64,000 bases of DNA, taken from the NCBI GenBank assembly GCA_963664325.2, contig CAXXDQ010000003.1:1-64000 (forward strand), read 5' to 3'. The position numbers and the translations under genes were made by a program. The notes beneath the pieces were generated by a model that was not told the DNA's origin, did no database searches, and saw nothing but the letters and a program-made list of their open reading frames with translations. This document shows positions 60,920 through 64,000 of the stretch, one piece after another (within the stretch, counting starts at the first letter, position 1; each line of letters begins with the position of its first letter). Source of the DNA: Desulfomonilia bacterium. GTDB taxonomy: Bacteria > Desulfobacterota > Desulfomonilia > UBA1062.

Positions 60920-61696
60920 TTATCTTGTCGTCCATCCGCCGTCGATCCTGAGGTCGGACCCGGTCATGTAGGATGCGTCATCTGTCGCCAGGAACAGGAT
61001 TCCTGTTGCTATTTCCATGGGGTTTGCCCATCGGGTGAGCACTCCCTGTTCCTCGAATTCCTTTTTTATCTGCTCAAAGGTCATGCCCCTCTGAGATGCC
61101 TCTTTCGCCACATCGCTCCTTAACATCGGCGTATCGGTCGCACCCGGGCTCACGCTGTTGACCCTCACTCCGTATGGGGCCATGTCAAGGGCCAGGGCCT
61201 TTGTGAATCCCAGCACCCCGTGTTTGGTCGAGCAGTAGTTCGCATGGTTGTTCTGCCCGATGTGGGATGCGACCGATGTGAGCGTTATGATGGTGCCTGA
61301 TTTCTGCTCTTTAAAATAGGGAATAGCCGCCTTGCAGGAGAAGAACGTCCCCTTCATATTGACATTGAGCAGCAGGTCATAGTCCTCTTCAGGGAAGTCT
61401 TCAACCTGGCCTACCCTTACGACTCCGGCATTTGCAATAAGCACGTCTATGCGTCCGTGCTTTGCCGCCACTTCGTCTATATGCTTTTTTATCTCTCCAT
61501 ATTTCGTGACATCTGTTTTGGATATATGAATATTTTCTTTTCCTTCACCGGCAAGGCTGAGAGTTTCCTTGAGCCCGGCCTCATCTATATCCGATGCATA
61601 TACAATTGCGCCTTCCCTGGCGAAAAGTATTGCCGTTGCTCTGCCTATTCCCGAACCTGCACCAGTAAGAATTGTCACCTTGTTTTTTACCCTCAT
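60920..61696 (-). CDS. SDR family oxidoreductase
   Basis: TGAGSGIG, NAG, YCSTK, VNSVSPG.TDTPM, DGG. Confidence 0.93.
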   Translation of the reverse strand: MRVKNKVTILTGAGSGIGRATAILFAREGAIVYASDIDEAGLKETLSLAGEGKENIHISKTDVTKYGEIKKHIDEVAAKHGRIDVLIANAGVVRVGQVEDFPEEDYDLLLNVNMKGTFFSCKAAIPYFKEQKSGTIITLTSVASHIGQNNHANYCSTKHGVLGFTKALALDMAPYGVRVNSVSPGATDTPMLRSDVAKEASQRGMTFEQIKKEFEEQGVLTRWANPMEIATGILFLATDDASYMTGSDLRIDGGWTTR

Positions 61697-61714
61697 AAGT
61701 GTACTCCTTGTTTT

Positions 61715-61790
61715 AGCTGATAACTGTTAAGCTGATATGCAACACTGTTGATTCCGATCAGCAACTTAATAGCTCAACAGCTTATCAGCT
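61715..61790. repeat. Intergenic imperfect inverted repeat built from agctgat-like units
   Basis: agctgataactgttaagct (61715-61733) vs agctcaacagcttatcagct (61771-61790). Confidence 0.55.
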
Positions 61791-61812
61791 TGGCTGCTGA
61801 AATCTTATCAGT

Positions 61813-62958
61813 TTATCTTACGAATATCCCTTTATCAAGTGCTGACAGTCTTTCAACGCCAGTCGCAGTTACCCGGTAGCAGTCTTCCGCGCCTACGAGG
61901 TTGGATGCAGGGAATGACTGCCACACCTCAAGGTCGAGCACCATGTTTTCCTCGAACTCGATGTCGAGCTGGCGCATGGGGCTGAATATGTGCGCTTCCT
62001 CGCATTCAAGGCCGAGGCTGTGCGCTGTGATAAAAGTCATGCCGAGCTTTTTCAAAGACTTTGCGTAGGCCTTGGCCTCCTTGTACAGTTCGAGGGCCTT
62101 GACGCCGGGCCTGAGATTCGCCTCCAGAAATTCCTGGATCTTTATCATGCGCTCAATATGTTCCGTTCCGTTTTCCGGTATGTCTCCTACTACGAACTGC
62201 CGGCTTATATCAGATATATAACCCTTATAGACCGCGCCTATATCGATGCGGTTGAACTGCCCCGGATCTACCGTATACCCTATTCCGGGGGCCTCAGGGT
62301 CTGATGCGCCCAGCCCCATGGTCAGGTGGTCCCAGCCCTCCGCCCCTTCTTCAATTACTGTTCTGCGTGCAATCTTTAAAAGTTCATTGTCCGTGATGCC
62401 GGATCTTGCAGCATCAATGACCGCCATTATCGCTTTTTCCGCGATTCGCGTTGACTGCTTTATCCTGGCTATTTCTTCACCGGTCTTGACAAGTCTCATG
62501 TCGAGAAAGGCCCTGTCGGCATCGAGTAGCGTTGCTTGAGGGAAGCGCTGGCGCAGAAAATCAGCCTGGTATCTGGGCATCTGGCTTTCAAGCCCTATGG
62601 TGTTGCTGCCCAGCCCCCATTCCTCGATCTTTTTGCATATCTCCTCGAGCGTCTGCTGCGGGCTTACCGTGCCCGCCACCTCGTCGAGCCATGTCCATTT
62701 CTTTGTGCTCTGATAAACCATCCATGTTGCGGCAAATTCTGCGCCGTCTTTCCTGACGATTGCCATTGTCGGGAACTGGTTGGACAGGACAAAAAGTATC
62801 GGGTTAGGCGCCACATGGAGCGTCGGCATGCCTGTCGTATAAAATACATTCACAGGTGTCGCCGCCACAAGCACGTCTATTCCATGCTGCGCCATTATCC
62901 TTGATGCCTTTTCAGCTGAATATCCGATAGGAACAGGTTTAATATCATCCATAATCAC
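61813..62958 (-). CDS. M24 (Xaa-Pro peptidase/creatinase fold) metallopeptidase
   Basis: R.VKT.EEI, D.G....GY.SD..R, HSLGL, E, ED. Confidence 0.88.
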   Translation of the reverse strand: MIMDDIKPVPIGYSAEKASRIMAQHGIDVLVAATPVNVFYTTGMPTLHVAPNPILFVLSNQFPTMAIVRKDGAEFAATWMVYQSTKKWTWLDEVAGTVSPQQTLEEICKKIEEWGLGSNTIGLESQMPRYQADFLRQRFPQATLLDADRAFLDMRLVKTGEEIARIKQSTRIAEKAIMAVIDAARSGITDNELLKIARRTVIEEGAEGWDHLTMGLGASDPEAPGIGYTVDPGQFNRIDIGAVYKGYISDISRQFVVGDIPENGTEHIERMIKIQEFLEANLRPGVKALELYKEAKAYAKSLKKLGMTFITAHSLGLECEEAHIFSPMRQLDIEFEENMVLDLEVWQSFPASNLVGAEDCYRVTATGVERLSALDKGIFVR

Positions 62959-62980
62959 CCCTTTAAGTTATGCATACAGG

Positions 62981-63120
62981 GCGTCAGAACAAAGCAGCTT
63001 GCTACGAGACGAGGAGCGACAAATTTTTGCATCACAAAAATTGACGCATCAAAGATGCGCCCGAAGGGTAAGGGCCAACAGCCTGAATCAAAGGTATGCA
63101 AAGTTATGACGTCCTGACGC
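62981..63120. mobile_element. 140-bp element with 10-bp terminal inverted repeats containing copy 2 of the 73-bp repeat (63021-63093)
   Basis: gcgtcagaac ... gtcctgacgc (9/10 complementary); internal match to 42239-42311. Confidence 0.6.
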
Positions 63121-63465
63121 TTATAGCTCAATGTCCATCAGCACCTGCAGTTTCTCCAGGTCTTCCATTGAACCGGTCGGTTTGATCTTTCCTTCCATGA
63201 AGGCATCGATAGGGTCGATATCGCCGTTTATAATGCCCATGAACATTTCCGAGTCAAGCGAGAGACTCATGTCCGCATCTTCTTTTATGCCTTCAACGAT
63301 GTCGACATTCGAACCCTTGAACACCATCTGCAGTCCTACATTCACATCCGGGAAAACAAGCTGCATGGTCTTGTTGTAGCCGTTGAAATGCTCGGCCATT
63401 TCCGGGTCTTCGGCTATGGCTTTCCATTTGGATAATCCTTTTTTGAGCTCCTCTTTCCCTGCCAT
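63121..63465 (-). CDS. SCP2 sterol/lipid-carrier domain protein
   Basis: AD..L......F..I..G..DP..AF..GKIK..G. Confidence 0.85.
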   Translation of the reverse strand: MAGKEELKKGLSKWKAIAEDPEMAEHFNGYNKTMQLVFPDVNVGLQMVFKGSNVDIVEGIKEDADMSLSLDSEMFMGIINGDIDPIDAFMEGKIKPTGSMEDLEKLQVLMDIEL

Positions 63466-63475
63466 AAAAACCTCC

Positions 63476-64000
63476 TTAATTTTTCTTTCTGTATACTGTC
63501 CTGCCTGATTCAGAAGCCTCGTAACCCAGCAGGATTACCTCCAGCGCATTTTTCCCCATCTCTCCTGTAACAAACGGCTCAGCGCCCGATGTAACGCATT
63601 CATAAAAATGCTTCACTTCGAGCTCAAACGTAAGCGGATAATATCCCGGGTAGGTCCGATGTTCAACCTCGGGGCACACCCATTTGCCCTGATCCGGCCC
63701 CGGCAGGGTCGAGAAAAGCTTTATAGGCTGTTCCCAGTTGTGGTCTTCAAGGATAGTCCCTTTTGTACCATAAATCTCTATTTTATTATTCCACTCGCTT
63801 GCAACCGTAAAGCTGCAGTCAATGCTCCCGAGAGCGCAATTTTCAAAACCGACAGAGAAGGAGCAGTTGTCGTCCCCGGTGCAGTTCATCTCAGGAAGGC
63901 ATCTGCCGGCCCTGCCGCTGATGCTCTCAATATCCCCTATCAGATAGTGCATGACAGCCACTCTGTGAACACCGCTGTCCATCCAGGCGCCGCCTCCCGC
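63476..64000 (-). CDS. Gfo/Idh/MocA oxidoreductase, C-terminal part (5' end outside the window)
   Basis: GG..MDSGVH, IEIYGTKG, E..HF..C...G..P.VTGE.G...LEVI...YE. Confidence 0.85.
   Translation of the reverse strand, partial: AGGGAWMDSGVHRVAVMHYLIGDIESISGRAGRCLPEMNCTGDDNCSFSVGFENCALGSIDCSFTVASEWNNKIEIYGTKGTILEDHNWEQPIKLFSTLPGPDQGKWVCPEVEHRTYPGYYPLTFELEVKHFYECVTSGAEPFVTGEMGKNALEVILLGYEASESGRTVYRKKN

Overview
A 64-kb bacterial chromosomal segment, most consistent with an anaerobic Desulfobacterota ('deltaproteobacterial') genome, inferred from the recA-pilT-recX-alaS synteny, PurS-fused PurL, HDOD/PilZ proteins and acyl-CoA clusters. Most of it is housekeeping: queE/C/F, moeA, mobB, purL/Q, smc, rlmB, asnS, pgpA-cinA-thpR-recA-pilT-recX-alaS and hisB/hisA. 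It also carries an acyl-CoA/2-hydroxyacyl-CoA dehydratase-family cluster with a GntR regulator, a VapBC-type toxin-antitoxin pair, SRAP, and a Pif1-like helicase fused to a WYL domain. Four things stand out. (1) At 52.75-54.17 kb a Y1/HUH (RAYT-like) transposase gene is bounded by 21-bp inverted repeats. Upstream lie a second, diverged copy of its 3' end and an AT-rich small-gene 'cassette' framed by related TGA-containing motifs, a candidate integron-like cassette-capture system run by an HUH nuclease. (2) Small palindromic elements with c-GAA-g triloops recur, including a 73-bp cloverleaf present twice and an in-frame insertion in a membrane protein gene. (3) Two mosaic, tandem type IV pilin genes each have a sigma-28-like promoter and are followed by at least two TMTC-like (GT-C) glycosyltransferase genes. 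(4) Frameshifts in smc, rlmB and recX look like sequencing or assembly errors. No rRNA, tRNA or CRISPR array was recognised. All alignments and counts were done by eye.
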